Shown here piece after piece: positions 38,030 through 50,999 of a DNA stretch of 64,000 bases. The notes below the pieces were generated by a model. The model saw only the letters and a list, made by a program, of their open reading frames with translations, did no database searches and was not told where the DNA came from. The stretch is from NCBI RefSeq assembly GCF_018350175.1, contig NC_058368.1, positions 186,622,001 through 186,686,000 on the forward strand, in the 5' to 3' direction. The stretch is from Felis catus. Taxonomy: Eukaryota. The translations under genes were made by a program, and so were the position numbers. The number at the start of each line of letters is the position of its first letter. Position 1 is the stretch's first letter.

Positions 38030-38670
38030 CACATTCTCGGATTTTTCAAGAAGAATTTCCAAATTCAGTTATGTGAAATTAAGACATAAAATGTTTGACA
38101 AGTAATTGAAAAAAAAACAACTTAAAACACTGAGGGTAATCTAAAACAATACATTTGCAGATCAGAGTTGATCTGTTTGTAACCTCTGGGTAAAATGGCA
38201 ATAGCAAACATTCAACAGAAATAATCTAATCAATTAGCTAGTGATTGGATTCATCTCCTTACAAAATATTTTTACCTACCATGTATTTGGCTCTCATTTG
38301 GGTCAAAAAACACGACTTTTGGAAACCCTTCCCATCCTTAGACTCAGCATCAATATACGAAGTTACTCTCCTTCAACATCCTATTTAAAATCTGTTACCT
38401 GATCTTACCCTTGTCCTTGACTGCCACCTCTGGAATAAGGCACTGCTGCGCTAGGCTGATTGTGGTTCTATTGCACATCATCCCATCAGCGCTTTCTTTT
38501 CATAGCAATAAACCAATGGGCATTTAAAATTCTAGTCCACAGGACACATTAAAGACTATTAAGAGATTAGACTGTGCCTTGTTTTCTCTTTAGATACATG
38601 TTGTAGAAATTTAGATGCGGCCCAAACAGAGAGAGAGAGAATAGATGTTGTTATTATAAGACAATTCATG

Positions 38671-39105
38671 TGGGCACCTGAGTGGCTCAATTGGTTGAGC
38701 GACCAGCTTTGGCTCAGGTCATTTTCTCATGGTTCGTGGGTTCAGGCCCTGCATCAGGCTCTGTGCTGACAGCTTAGAGCCTGGAGCCTGCTTTGGATTC
38801 TGTGTCTCCCTCTCTCTCTCTGCCCCTCCCCCACTCACGTTTTCTCTCTCTCTCTCTCTCTCTCTCTCAAAAATAAATCCTAAAGGGGCACCTCCATGAC
38901 TCAGTCAGTTAAGCCCCCATTTCAGCTCAGTTCATGATCTCGCAGTTTGTGAATTCAAGCCCACTTTAGGCTCTGTGCTGACAGCTCAGAGCCTGGAGCC
39001 TGCTTCGCATTCTGTGTCTCCTTCTCTCTGTCCCTCCCACATTCGTGCTCTGCCTCTGTCTTTCTCAAAAATAAACATTAAAAAAATTAAATAAATCTTA
39101 AAAAA
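38671..39105 (+). mobile_element. Nested pair of carnivore SINEs (second inserted in the A-tail of the first)
   Basis: Outer TSD ataagacaatt(c/t)atg at 38656-38670 and 39106-39120; inner TSD aaataaatc(c/t)taaa at 38871-38884 and 39089-39102. Confidence 0.93.
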
Positions 39106-40819
39106 ATAAGACAATTTATGTAGTTAAATAGTCATTTATTTTACCTTTTTGTTTTGTTTGTTTAACTTCGAGGTCATTCTAAAAGTGTGCTTCCAAGAAA
39201 GTTTCTGCCCAGATCATGGTTAACAAACAAATAATTGTTTAATAATAACAATACCCTCTCTTTCATATTCTGGAAATTGATTCTTGTTAGAGAGAGCTAT
39301 AGAGACAAGAATATGGCTTACCACACCTTTGGTACCCAGTCTGACCAGCACTCAGAGCTTAATGGAGGAAGAGGCGAGAAGTGTAGGACTACCAACCCCT
39401 GAACTATTAAATAAACTGCTGCTATTAAATAAACAACAAACTGCTACATGATTTTTCTGAAAACAGGCTAGAAACATTGTTTTCTGCTCTTAGAATTCCA
39501 TAACACAGTAGATGCTGACTTTCCCAAAAGCTGAGACTGGTGTTTCTTTTTCACATCAATGGCCCTTTCACCAACCTGGACATCAAGGTGGACATTTTTA
39601 ATGACCATGCAGCTACTCTTCTAAGCTAGATTTTCCAGTGATTAATAAAGATGGTTGCTGTGTCTTCAGTTCAGTTTCATTGCTAGCTCCCTGGCAGAAA
39701 GATTTTTAAAGTGTGTAGACTGCTAAATCATTACTTTATTTACAAGTAGCAAAAAATTTAATTCTCTGGCTAAAAGACTCTGAGTATCTGGTCTTGCCAA
39801 AATACCAAATTGAATGCTAAAGGAGAAAAAAGGAAAGCAGATTTTTTTGGATGGTCCACAGCCGATGGGAAGTTATACAACACAATTTTCTCTGGGCAAA
39901 ATGACAGATTTACAGAGCTTGGCTGCAAAATTTCTGGCACATTTTGACAAATGGGGATGGTAGATCTATTCACATTCTTCTTTCTAGATAGGCTATCCCA
40001 AGTCACGTATTCTTTTAAAATTATTTTCAACTCTGCTTCCACACAAGCTAGGTCTCTCAAAACCGAAGCTAAATTCAGATTTATCAGCACTGTGAATGAT
40101 GGATTGAGCTAAGCCTACCTACTGCTTAACAAAAGGACAAGACACCAAATAACACTTGCTCTAACACTGTATTTCTCCTTTATAGCAAATCACTCATACA
40201 TTCAGGCATAACAGTACATGTAATCCTGTATGCAATCTGATATTTTATTTTTCCTCTTCATTTTTTAAAAGGATAAAAAAAGCTTCTTCACAAGAATGGA
40301 TTCCAATCCCATGCAGTACTAAAATAAGTCTCATTTTGTTTTTTCTTCTTAATTATTAGCCTTAAGGATTTTAGCACTGCTGAGACACTTACTATATGGA
40401 ACTTCAGCCATTACTAAGTTGATAGGTAAAAACTTACTGGATGATTTTAGACATAAGTTGGCCAGCAGAAACAGCTTAATTTATTACAAAGAGAGAAATC
40501 TGAAGACACCAGTCAGAGAAACTTATTTGACATCACTAATTACCTTCTCAAGCTAGCTACACTACCATTTAGTGTAGCTACCATAAGAAATCTACCATTT
40601 AATGTTAAACTCTGAAGAAAGACAATAAGAAGACAAGCAAATGCACTGAAGGATATTGTTTTAAAGGTTTTAAATCAATACTAACATGGCTGAATTCTAG
40701 TTACTAAAGAATAGAACAGACTTGTAATGAAAGTTCTTATGTAGCTTGGCAAATCCATTCCCAAAGACAGAAACTTTTTCCCCCAAGTATATCAGCTCTC
40801 TGACTTCTTTTTTTCTTCC

Positions 40820-41222
40820 AGTAAAGAGATATAATTGACATATGACATTGTATTCGTTTAAGGTATACCACATAATGATTTTATATGTAAATATACATAT
40901 ATATTACAAAATGATTACCATAATAATTTTAGTTAACATCTATCATCTCACATATTTTTTTTCCCTGTGATAAATGTTAAGATCCAAGAGGCACCTTTCA
41001 AGTATGAAAACTTACAGTATTGTTAACTATAGTCACCATACTGGACATTACATTCCAACTTATTCATCTTGTAACTGGAGGTTTGTACTTTTTGGCTCCC
41101 TTCACCCGTTTCCCCACCCCGTAACACCCATCTGTGGTAACCACCAATCTGTTCTCTGTTCCCTGAGTTCAGATTTTTTAGATGCTACATATAAGTGACA
41201 TCATATAGTATTTGTCTTCTTT
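40820..41222 (-). mobile_element. L1MA/carnivore L1 3' end (antisense)
   Basis: gagatataattgacatatgacattgta...ttgttaactatagtcacca...ggtaaccaccaatctgttctctg...catataagtga. Confidence 0.9.
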
Positions 41223-41922
41223 GCCAATATGAGGTTTTATTACATTCTCTCTCTCTCAATTTCTCTCTCTCAGAGATAAAGAGGCAGAGAGAAATCTCAT
41301 TTTGCCCCATCATAAATTGGGTTTTTATTGCATGTTATTTCAATGATCAGTCTAAATCATTTGTTCTTTCTAGTTTAAAGGAAAAGTTCAAATCAGTCTT
41401 GTATAAATGTTCTTTATAAAAAGAGAGGTTTTCACTCGTGTGTGAGAAATCTGAACTATATGTGCAGATTTTAATACATATTCTTATCTATACTGTTTAA
41501 AAATAGAACTGCTATTTAAAGTATTATTTTTAGAAAAAAATGTTGCTCTTAAAACACCTTAACTGAGAACAATTCAGTGGTCTTTCAGCAGGAGCTGCCA
41601 ATTTCCTGCAGGAAATCTATTTCACAGAATAGATTTGGGTATGCTAATATGTTCACAGCCACACAAGAGAAACTGGGAATTTTATCAGATGTTCTTAGGA
41701 AAGTTGTTCTAATAATAAAGCAGAAAGAAATCTGAAAGCAGGCATCCCCAGCATTAGAAGTTACCAGCGTACATCTGCAAGCCCACCAAGACCCATCGGC
41801 ATTATTTAGTTAACATTTACTATTATCGGGTTCTCTAGAAAAGAGACCTGAGGACACTTATCCGGTCATAAAAATAAAAGTTGCTCTACAGAACTCTACA
41901 TTTTACTCTCCAACACATTTCA

Positions 41923-42146
41923 TTTTTTAAATTTTTTAATGCTTATATATTTTGAGAGAGAGAGACAGAGGGAGAGGGAGAAAGTGAGCAGGGGAGGGGC
42001 AGAGAGAGAGAGAGAGAGGGAGAAACAGAATCTGAAGCAGGCTCCAGGCTGTCAGCACAGAGCCCGACGCAGGGCTTGAAATCACGAACTGCAAGATCAT
42101 GACCTAAGCCAAAGTCAGATGCTTATCTGAGCCACCCAGGCGCCCC
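41923..42146 (-). mobile_element. Carnivore SINE
   Basis: TSD aacacatttc. Confidence 0.95.
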
Positions 42147-44527
42147 TCAAACACATTTCTAAACATGAAAACCTTACCACAAAAAGATATGGAATGAACA
42201 GCCATGTCTCAATTCAGAAATTTGGAAGATATAACTAAATGCCTTACTCCACTTAATGGAGTTCTACAAGACCCCCATTAAAATGTTTCATGGCTTCTTT
42301 TATCCCACCCCACAAATACTTCTCTAATCTAATCCTTTATCCTGTCTTGTTTGGACCACTAGAGCTTCTTATACTGGCACAGAAATGTGAAATGCCTCCC
42401 CCAAAACGAGGTGGAATGTATACATAAGTCAACCAGGTGGGAAGAGTATGCAACATATACAGCAGGGAGCATCTACTAAACTTCAGAAAATTGCCAGATA
42501 GGTTTTTGTTTGTTTGATTGATTTTGTTTCATTTTTTCAAGAGAAATTAGAACTCTCCCATTTCTTAAGTGTTAGCAATAAGTAATGTCTGCAGGCCAAG
42601 CTGGACCTGAAGATCCATGGTTGGCAGCTTCTGACACTACAGTTCCCTGCTTTTAGGCTTTTCTGTTTTGCATTGTTATTTCTAAAACATTGCTAGATCT
42701 TTCTAAAACCATGCCTTTCATTATACCTTGCTGTTCAAGACAATTTCCATGGCCAACAATATCAAACCAAAATTGCTCTTCCAGTGTTGAAGATCTTAAG
42801 TGTCCAGTTTTGACTTAAAAAATTATTTGAGATTTTTATTGCATTTAGGTAATTTACTTATGGGCTCCGGTGGATGGCTTTCAGGCACGATTATGACATG
42901 GAATTGAGAATTAACTTTATCAGCACTATCAATGCATCTCCTACTTTAGGCAAGAAAAAAAAATGAACTGACAGATTGGGAAGTTCGGGAGGAGTAGAAA
43001 ATCTAAGACAGTTAGAAAAGTATCCAAAACTTTGAGAAATAAAAGCAGTTTGGCTACCAGAAGTATCAGTAATGGAAAAAGTTTTGGGAGATTGGAGCTG
43101 ACTTTTCTCTGCAATCTGACAATTTAGCCATTTAAAGTACAACTCATTTCACTTACTGTGCACAAGGCATTGTGTTATTAATGTTTTTCTATTTCACATG
43201 CATTTTCCCATTTAACATTTGTAGTAGACCTGTGAGTTGGGTAAAGTATTATGATCTCCATTTTGATTATGAGAAAGGGCTATCTAAGAGAGACTGTGGC
43301 TTATCTGAAGCCACAGGTTTGATTAGCAGTTGAATCTGGAGTGATACACCTGTTTCCACATCCTATCTAGTAAAAAAATTACTTCACCTATTCTGCAAGG
43401 GCAGATGCTTCGGGCACTATAGACATGTGCTGCATTTGACATCCCATCTCCTAACCTGTAATACGCAACACCGTGGCACAGAGGTCTCTAACCAAATCAC
43501 TGGCCTGTAATTGGCCATTCATTGTCACTTTAATTGACTTTCCAGCAGTTAACTCAATGAAAGTATTAGTGCTTTGTAGAAAAGTTTGCCTGCTTGTTCT
43601 CCCTTTCCAATTATTATGTTTTTTCCTTTGTACTTTGTCTTTTAATATTTTAGGTGATGGGAATATGGGGGGGGGGGTTGTGTGAGAATTGGGTCATAAA
43701 TTAAGCAGGATATTTGTATGAAATGAGGTCACAAAGTTAAAGCAGACTTTGATGGGGACAGGAGAGCATAAATGTCCCCATGCATATTAGACAGTAGATC
43801 TGGGATTTTTACCTCAAATACTCTGTGTGCAGTGAAATGAATCTCTACTGAGTTGCCTGACTACAGATTGACTATGAAGTTTCATTCCAGATGAATCTTG
43901 AAAATTTTTCATTAAAATACCTCCTTATCTTTGGTAGAGACATTTAATCCTGTGAAATTCTGTTGACTATTTCCTGGTGTTAATGTTTTGAAGCTAAAGT
44001 TGGTCTTTGAATGTATATGTGATTCCCACTGAACTTTGAAACTGCTGTAACATTTTCTGACACTCAAAATGATATTTCTTGGGGTGTTTTAAAGATAGGG
44101 GAAAATTAGGCTTTAAATAATGCATCTGGGAAAGACACCACCTATCATAAATGCATGTGTGCATATGAATTGTGCTGTAAGTAAGAACTGGGGAGGGGGT
44201 AGGATTGGATTAAATGCAACAAATGAACCAGAAATTCTAATGTACTAATTGGAGAGGACTGAAATAAGATGACAATTCCTAGTCACTGATTTTGGAATGA
44301 AAACAAAAATTGCTAACTCATAGTATTTTAGTAAACTCAAAATACATGATTGGTTATTTTTGACATTCTATTTGAATTTTCAACAACAAAAATAATTCCT
44401 AACATTGATCAAGCTCTGTAACATATGCCAGGCCTCTTGCCGATCATTTTCATGGGAATTATCTCATTATGTCTTCACGACAGCCCCATGTCTTTGAATT
44501 CAGTTATAGCATTTTAATGTGTTTTTT

Positions 44528-44756
44528 ATTTTTATTTATTTTTTATTTTTTTTAACGTTTATTTATTTTTGAGACAGAGAAAGACAGAGCATGAACAGGG
44601 GAAGGGCAGAGAGAGAGGGAGACACAGAATCTGAAACAGGCTTCAGGCTCTGAGCTGTCAGCACAGAGCCCGATGCGGGGCTCGAACTCACGGACCGTGA
44701 GATCATGACCTGAGCCGAAGTCGGACACTTAACCGACCAAGCCACCCAGGCGCCCC
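44528..44756 (-). mobile_element. Felid SINE
   Basis: TSD tttaatgtgtttttt at 44513-44527 and 44757-44771. Confidence 0.97.
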
Positions 44757-46187
44757 TTTAATGTGTTTTTTAAATCATATACAGAAAATTTCACCATGCT
44801 TACTATTTGAAATTTATAAAAATTCTACATTGTGAGGTTAAAAAAATTCAAAGAATACAGAAGTTAATACAGACTATTGATATCAAGAGATTTCCAATCA
44901 GAATCTTGAAAGAATAATAAATTAGAAAAATGTGTTTTTCATTTTTCCTAGATTTTTCCCCTTATAAGTGGAACATATCTTAGAGTAATATCTGAATTTC
45001 TAAAAGGGTACTTGAAACAATATTTTGGTAATCTTTGTCAACAACAAAGTGGATAATGACCAATTTGTCCTGGTAACCAGGCCCTGATTTTTCTATTAAA
45101 GAATGGAGCACCATTCATTCATTCATGTATGCATACAGTCTTTCAGTTAACCATAATTGATCACTTATCATGTGCTAAGTAGGACAATGATGAATGTTAT
45201 TCCTGCTCTTAAGGTACCCAGATGACTGGCATTTGAATAGAAATTTTTCTTTGGTTAAATTAGATCTCTGCTGATTTTGCTCAGATAATGTCAAATGATT
45301 GGTTCTAAATTTATAGTCTTTTGTGCACATTTACTTGAATGAGATTCAAGAATCCAAATGTGGAGAACAATCACTTGCCTATTTCATAGCTAACAGCAAT
45401 GGAAACATAGAAACCCTTGGATGATGGAGAGATAATAGATATTCTTTGGTCACTGCTTCATCAGCAACATTTTGCCTTGGAGCTGACTGTGCCAGTCATA
45501 CTTTTCATTTTAGATGCAGTTTTGAAAGAGATTCCCTTTCTATAACTGTCATTTCCTTTCGAAATGGTTTATTGTATTCTCTAGAATCTAGGTTACTTTT
45601 TATAACACTGAGTCTCTGGGGAATTGGGCAGAACAAAATGCTCCCTGATATAAAAGTGCCAGCTTAGCTGGCTTTACAGAACTCATTCTAGATAAGTTGT
45701 GAACTTTTAATGCCAACTCACTGGACACGCCTGAAGTACCAACTATTTGTCAGGTGCAGGCAAAAGGCCCACCTGAGCATAGCCCCAGCTCTAAGGAGAG
45801 TCCCCAGTTGTATAACATAGTCAGATTCCAGAGACAGAAAGATTGTTCACAAATCCCACTTTGCAACAAGAATAAAAATAAAATAACATTATATTTCCTC
45901 AACATCTTCATTACAATGCTATCCCAGAGGCTCATGTGCATCTACTTAAACAAGACTGTTCATAAGAGAAGCTCCAAAGCACAATGAATAAGAAAACACT
46001 TTGGAGATAGATAGGCAAAGGAGAATCCTGGTTTTGATACTGACTAGTTGATTAGAGATTAGAGCAGATATTTTAACCTCTCTGCATTCCTAATTCTTCA
46101 TCTTTAAAATTGTGATGATAATAATATTTTCTAACAGGGTTATTTAATGTGCATAAAAATCCCAATTATTAAAAATGCCTGTAGGTT

Positions 46188-46402
46188 GGGACACCTGGGT
46201 GGCTCAGTCGGTTAAGCGTCTGACTTCAGCTCAGGTCATTATCTCACGGTTCATGGGTTCGAGCCCTGCATCAGCCTCTGTGCTGACAGCTCAGAGCCTG
46301 GAGCCTGTTTCAGATTCTGTGTCTCCCTCTCTCTCTGCCCCTCCCCCACTCGCACTCTGTCCCCATCTAAAAAATAAACAAACTTAAAAAAAAATTCAAA
46401 GA
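46188..46402 (+). mobile_element. Felid SINE
   Basis: TSD aaaaatgcctgtaggtt at 46171-46187 and 46403-46419. Confidence 0.97.
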
Positions 46403-47332
46403 AAAAATGCCTGTAGGTTACTTAAATACGGTGGTAGCAGCAGCAACAGGGAAGTTTTAAATTAATAAGGTCATGTTATGTGTATTATAAATGATTCAGC
46501 CACATAACACTACTATATTAAAAAGTATTTCAGAAAATAAGCCAAACAGGTATGAAATAATTGTCAAACAAATTGAAATATTTTGTAAAAATGCCAAACT
46601 TTATTTTCAAGTTATTCAGGAAAGGGGGAATTAATAGAGGTTAGAACGATCAAGTCTTGCTGTAAAAAGCCATTTAATTTGGGCCTTAAAAACTTAATAT
46701 GTGAGAAAAACTTGTTGACTCTAAATTCTGCGCCCCCCCCCCCAATATAAGTAGGGTATGTTTTCGAACCAGACAACACTGGGATATGAACCTTGGCTTT
46801 CTAATCCTAAATTTGTGGTCAAAAGTATTGCCTATTCTTTCTACTAACTCTCCTTAACAAATAGTTTCTCTTTAGCTATTTCTCTGAGCTTCTCTTAGTA
46901 TCAGTAACACATCTTAACACAGTCTTAACACATCTACATGCTTCTGGATCTGAAAAAGTATACATTTGTGGTAATTACTATAGACTTGAGGAAATCCTTG
47001 GGAGTAACAGTAGATTGTGAAAGCATCTTCTAATGAAGAAGGTTTTCTTGATCAAAACATTTTTAAAAATTACTTATTAAATTGTTCTGGGCAAGTCACT
47101 TTGGCCTATAGGATAAATGTTCTTTGTAGAATTTTAAACATTAAACAAAATGGTATTTCTAATAGATTTCCTACACTTTTACTATCAAATTTGAGAATTG
47201 TATTAAAGGAAGAAACACTTAAAAATAGATTTTTTTCCTGTAGATTAAGAAAATAAGTGCCTAGTTATCAGTTCCATCAGCAGGATCTAATGTACATATT
47301 TAAGGCAAAGCTGTGTCAAAAATTACTTTTCA

Positions 47333-47555
47333 GAGCGCCTGGGTGGCTCAGTTGATTAAGCATCAGACTGCTGATTTGGGCTAAGGTCATGATCTTGCAG
47401 TTTGTGAGTTTGAGTCCTGCATTGAGCTCTCCACTGATGGTGCAGAGCCTGCTTGGAATTCTCTCTCTGTGTCTCTTTGACCTTCTCCTGCTCTTGCCTA
47501 CACAAGCTCTCTCTCACTCTCTCAAAATAAATAAATACACATTAAAATTTTTTTT
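47333..47555 (+). mobile_element. Carnivore SINE (older, diverged)
   Basis: Head and tail recognisable; imperfect TSD caaaatta(c/t)tttt. Confidence 0.9.
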
Positions 47556-47739
47556 CAAAATTATTTTTGTATTTCTCACGTTAAGGTGTTCTGTAAATGT
47601 ATCTGTATGTAGAGAGGTATAACCAAATATAAAACAGGTAGATGGAGCAAATAAATTTTAAGATCCCTTTATATCCAAAATTTTGTATTTAAACATTCAT
47701 TCTATCTATAAATATTTTGGAATGTTGTCATTATTTATT

Positions 47740-47789
47740 TATTCATTTAAAGTTTATTTATTTTTGAGAGAGAGAGAGAGAGAGAGAGT
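47740..47789 (-). mobile_element. SINE tail-only fragment
   Basis: aagtttatttatttttgagagagaga without a head. Confidence 0.6.
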
Positions 47790-48049
47790 AATATTACTCC
47801 TCTTCAACTTACTAAGACAAAAAACAAAACAAAACAAGCCATAGACTGTTTACAAATAAGGCAAGATGTGTTTCCAGAACTTAGCTGTTTTGTAAATAAA
47901 GTTTGTTGCTTTCCATATAAAGGAAGAGAAATTAATTAATAGTTCAAAATGCCATATGCTACAGAAAGAGTACATGATTCAGTTGTAACACAAAATATAA
48001 GGACTATTTTTAAAACATAAGTGAATACTATTATTATACCTAACAATTT

Positions 48050-49290
48050 ACAATAATTTCTTAATATCAAAAATTCAGCATTCAAATATATTTATCTCTT
48101 TTTTTAAACAATTTATTCAAATCTAGATCCAAATGAGGGCCATACGATTTTAATTATTTCAGTCTCTTAACTAAGTTTTAATCTGTAATTTCTTGCCACC
48201 TTGTCTTTTTTTTTCTTATAATCTTTATTGAAAAAAACAATCACATTTTCCTTCAGAGTTTTCCTATAATTTAAAAGATTGCCGATTACATTATTGTGGT
48301 ATCTTAACATGTTCTTATCTATTGTCTTTTTTTTTTTCTATTTTCCATAGTTTGTATGTTTTAATTCAATGTAAGGCTTAATCAAATTCAGCTTATTGTT
48401 TTTTGGGCAAAATACTTCATAGTGAAAATTGTCTTTGTATCAGGAAATATATAACATTTGATTAACTCTCTTTGTGATGTTAGCAGCCTAAATTATACTT
48501 AATTAAAGCTTGAAGAATGGTCATATTCTTATACCATTATCACATCTTAATTTATTAGCTGGAATATTTCTATAGAAAAATAATCTCATTATATTAACTG
48601 TTTGATTACTTGAGAATAGAAAAGGCAGAGGGTGCCTGGGTGGCTCAGTCGGTTGAGTGTCCAACTTCAGCTCAGGTCATGATCTCACAGCTTGTGAGTT
48701 TGAGCCCCGTGTCGAGCTCTGTGCTCACAGCTCAGCTCAGAGCCTGGATGGAGTCTGCTTTGGATTCTGTGTCTCCCTCTGTCTCTGCCCCTAACCCACT
48801 CACATTCTGTCTCTGTTTCTCTCAAAAATAAATAAACATTAAAATTTTTTAAAGGCAGAATAAATGCTTTATTTTTCCTGTTTACCAGTTTTTAAAATCA
48901 TGAGTTGACTCCCTAGTAACCTCCAATGTTAAACATATTACAAGTGTTTGCTCCGTTGCAGATACCATCTTTGTTGATGTTCAAGTAATCTCATTCTTTT
49001 TGCCAGTGGGAGCGTCTTTAAATTAACACCTTTTTGATATACCCTAGTTTGGTTTGTTTCTTTCATTGGTTCTTTTGTTGGTTCCTTCCTTGCTTTGCAA
49101 AATGACAAGATATTCTAGTCGCATCTTATGTATTTCCTGCCACTGGGAATCAGCTATTTTCCTGAATAGCTGTGGTTCTTTTTCATGAGAAATGTTAGAG
49201 ACTGCAGTCTGGGTAACAGAGGTGCTCATTGCTGCAGGGTGGGTCATCTCCCAGGCCTTACTGTGAAAAATCTAAAAAATACATATTCTT
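48050..49290 (-). mobile_element. L1MC-type 3' fragment (antisense), interrupted by a SINE
   Basis: tttattcaaatctagatccaaat..., aaaaggcag..ataaatgcttt, ggaatcagctattttcc, gtctgggtaacagaggtgctcattgctgc. Confidence 0.75.
48630..48850 (+). mobile_element. Carnivore SINE
   Basis: TSD aaaggcaga; small internal duplication (agctc)2. Confidence 0.95.
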
Positions 49291-49303
49291 TTAATTTTCT
49301 TTA

Positions 49304-49505
49304 CTTTTTTTTTTTATTTTGAGAGAGAGAGAGGGAGTGTGCATATGTACAAGTGAGCAGGGAGGAGCAGAGGGAGAGGGAGAATCTTAAGCAGGCTTCA
49401 CACCCAGCACAGAATCCAATGTGGGGCTCCATGTCACTGTGAGATTGTGACCTGAGCCAAAATCAAGAGTCGGTCACTTAACGTACTGAGCCACCCAGAT
49501 GCCGC
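49304..49505 (-). mobile_element. Carnivore SINE
   Basis: Full body recognisable. Confidence 0.92.
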
Positions 49506-49858
49506 CTCTGTTTTGTTTTCTTAAAAGTAAAATTTGGCATGAATTCCTACAGACTTACATCATTGTTCTTTCATCTGTAGCTCTTCCTACCATAATGAAA
49601 ATCCCTATTCTCATCATTTCTGAGAGTTTATAAACCAAGTGGCAACAAAAATAACCCATTCATAGGATTATTATAAGTATTAAGAGGTTATCTAAAGTAT
49701 TTCATAGTGTTTGGCATATGTCAAAATGTCAATGAATACACTGTTATCATTTTTCACTGTTATCATCATATTTCTAGTAGACATATCTGTCTTGCTGCCA
49801 CCCTTATACCTTGAGAGAAATCATGTATCTTCAGAAACTCTGTGTGTGTATATAGGAT

Positions 49859-50200
49859 GTGTCTTAGTCCCTTCAGGCTGCTATAATGTACTATTATAGA
49901 CTGTGTGGCTTGTAAACAACAGAGCTCTATTTCTCATGGTTCTAGAGGCTAGAAGTCCAAGTTGGAGACACCAGCAGAATTAGTGTCTGGTGAGAGCCTA
50001 TATTCTGGTTCATTTATAGTTGTCTTCTTGCTGTGTCCTCACATGGTAGAAAGAGGCAAGGGGGCTCTTTGGTCTCTTAGGGAGACACTAATCTCCTTCA
50101 TGAGGGTTCTACCTCTATGAACTAATCACCTCCCAAAGGCCCCATCTCCAAATACCATCAATCACATTGGGGATTAGGTTTCAACATATGTGTCTAGAAG
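49859..50200 (-). mobile_element. MLT1A-like MaLR solo LTR
   Basis: tgtcttagtcc..caggctgctataa...tatttctcatggttctagaggctagaagtccaag...ctaatcacctcccaaaggccccatctccaaataccatc...ggattaggtttcaacatatg. Confidence 0.9.
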
Positions 50201-50250
50201 AATATTTTGTTTCAAACTTAACTACAGTGTTATTTAAAACAATGAAACAA

Positions 50251-50476
50251 GGGGCGCCTGGGTGGCGCAGTCGGTTAAGCGTCCGACTTCAGCCAGGTCA
50301 CGATCTCGCGGTCTGTGAGTTCGAGCCCCGCATCAGGCTCTGGGCTGATGGCTCAGAGCCTGGAGCCTGTTTCTGATTCTGTGTCTCCCTCTCTGTCTGC
50401 CCCTCCCCCGTTCATGCTCTGTCTCTCTCTGTCCCAAAAATAAATAAACGTTGAAAAAAAAAATTTAAAAAAAAAA
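50251..50476 (+). mobile_element. Young felid SINE (SINEC_Fc-type)
   Basis: TSD taaaacaatgaaacaa at 50235-50250 and 50477-50492; many CpGs intact. Confidence 0.97.
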
Positions 50477-50999
50477 TAAAACAATGAAACAAATTTGATG
50501 TTTTTATAAGTTTATCAGTGTTGTTATGCAGAGATCCTAAAACTATGCACTATATTGTCAGCATTGCATAGTAGTAAAACACTGGAAAACTACATTGGTG
50601 AGACAAAATAGCAAATATTTCAAAAATTATATTATTGAATCTTGAATACATATATATTTGTTTGTAGTACATCTAACTTGTGAGTCCTTAATAGCTTGGA
50701 CTAAGTATGCTTAGATGTGCTAAAATGAGTTAGTTTTTTCCCCCTTTTCAATGAAAAAAAAAAAAAAAAACATAATGATGCCCTGGATTTTCATTACTAA
50801 AACATCAAAGTAAAAAATTGCCACCCACAGATTTCCCAGGAGGCAAAACTGTTTCCATGTAATTCAAGGTTTTTTGGATACAAACAAAAAGTCCACTTAA
50901 ATTAGCTCAAGCAAAGAAATTTTAAATTCATGACCACAGACTTCAGACTTTAATGCTGCTGAATATACCTGCCTGACCCATTCATTCTCCCTGTGTCCT

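Noticed and set aside
41601..41636. 16-bp perfect palindrome atttcctgcaggaaat and an overlapping 9-bp inverted repeat
   Set aside because: About one palindrome of this size is expected by chance in 64 kb.
50251..50340. tRNA gene (A-box and B-box present)
   Set aside because: It is the tRNA-derived head of a SINE, followed by a (CT)n tract, A-tail and TSD.
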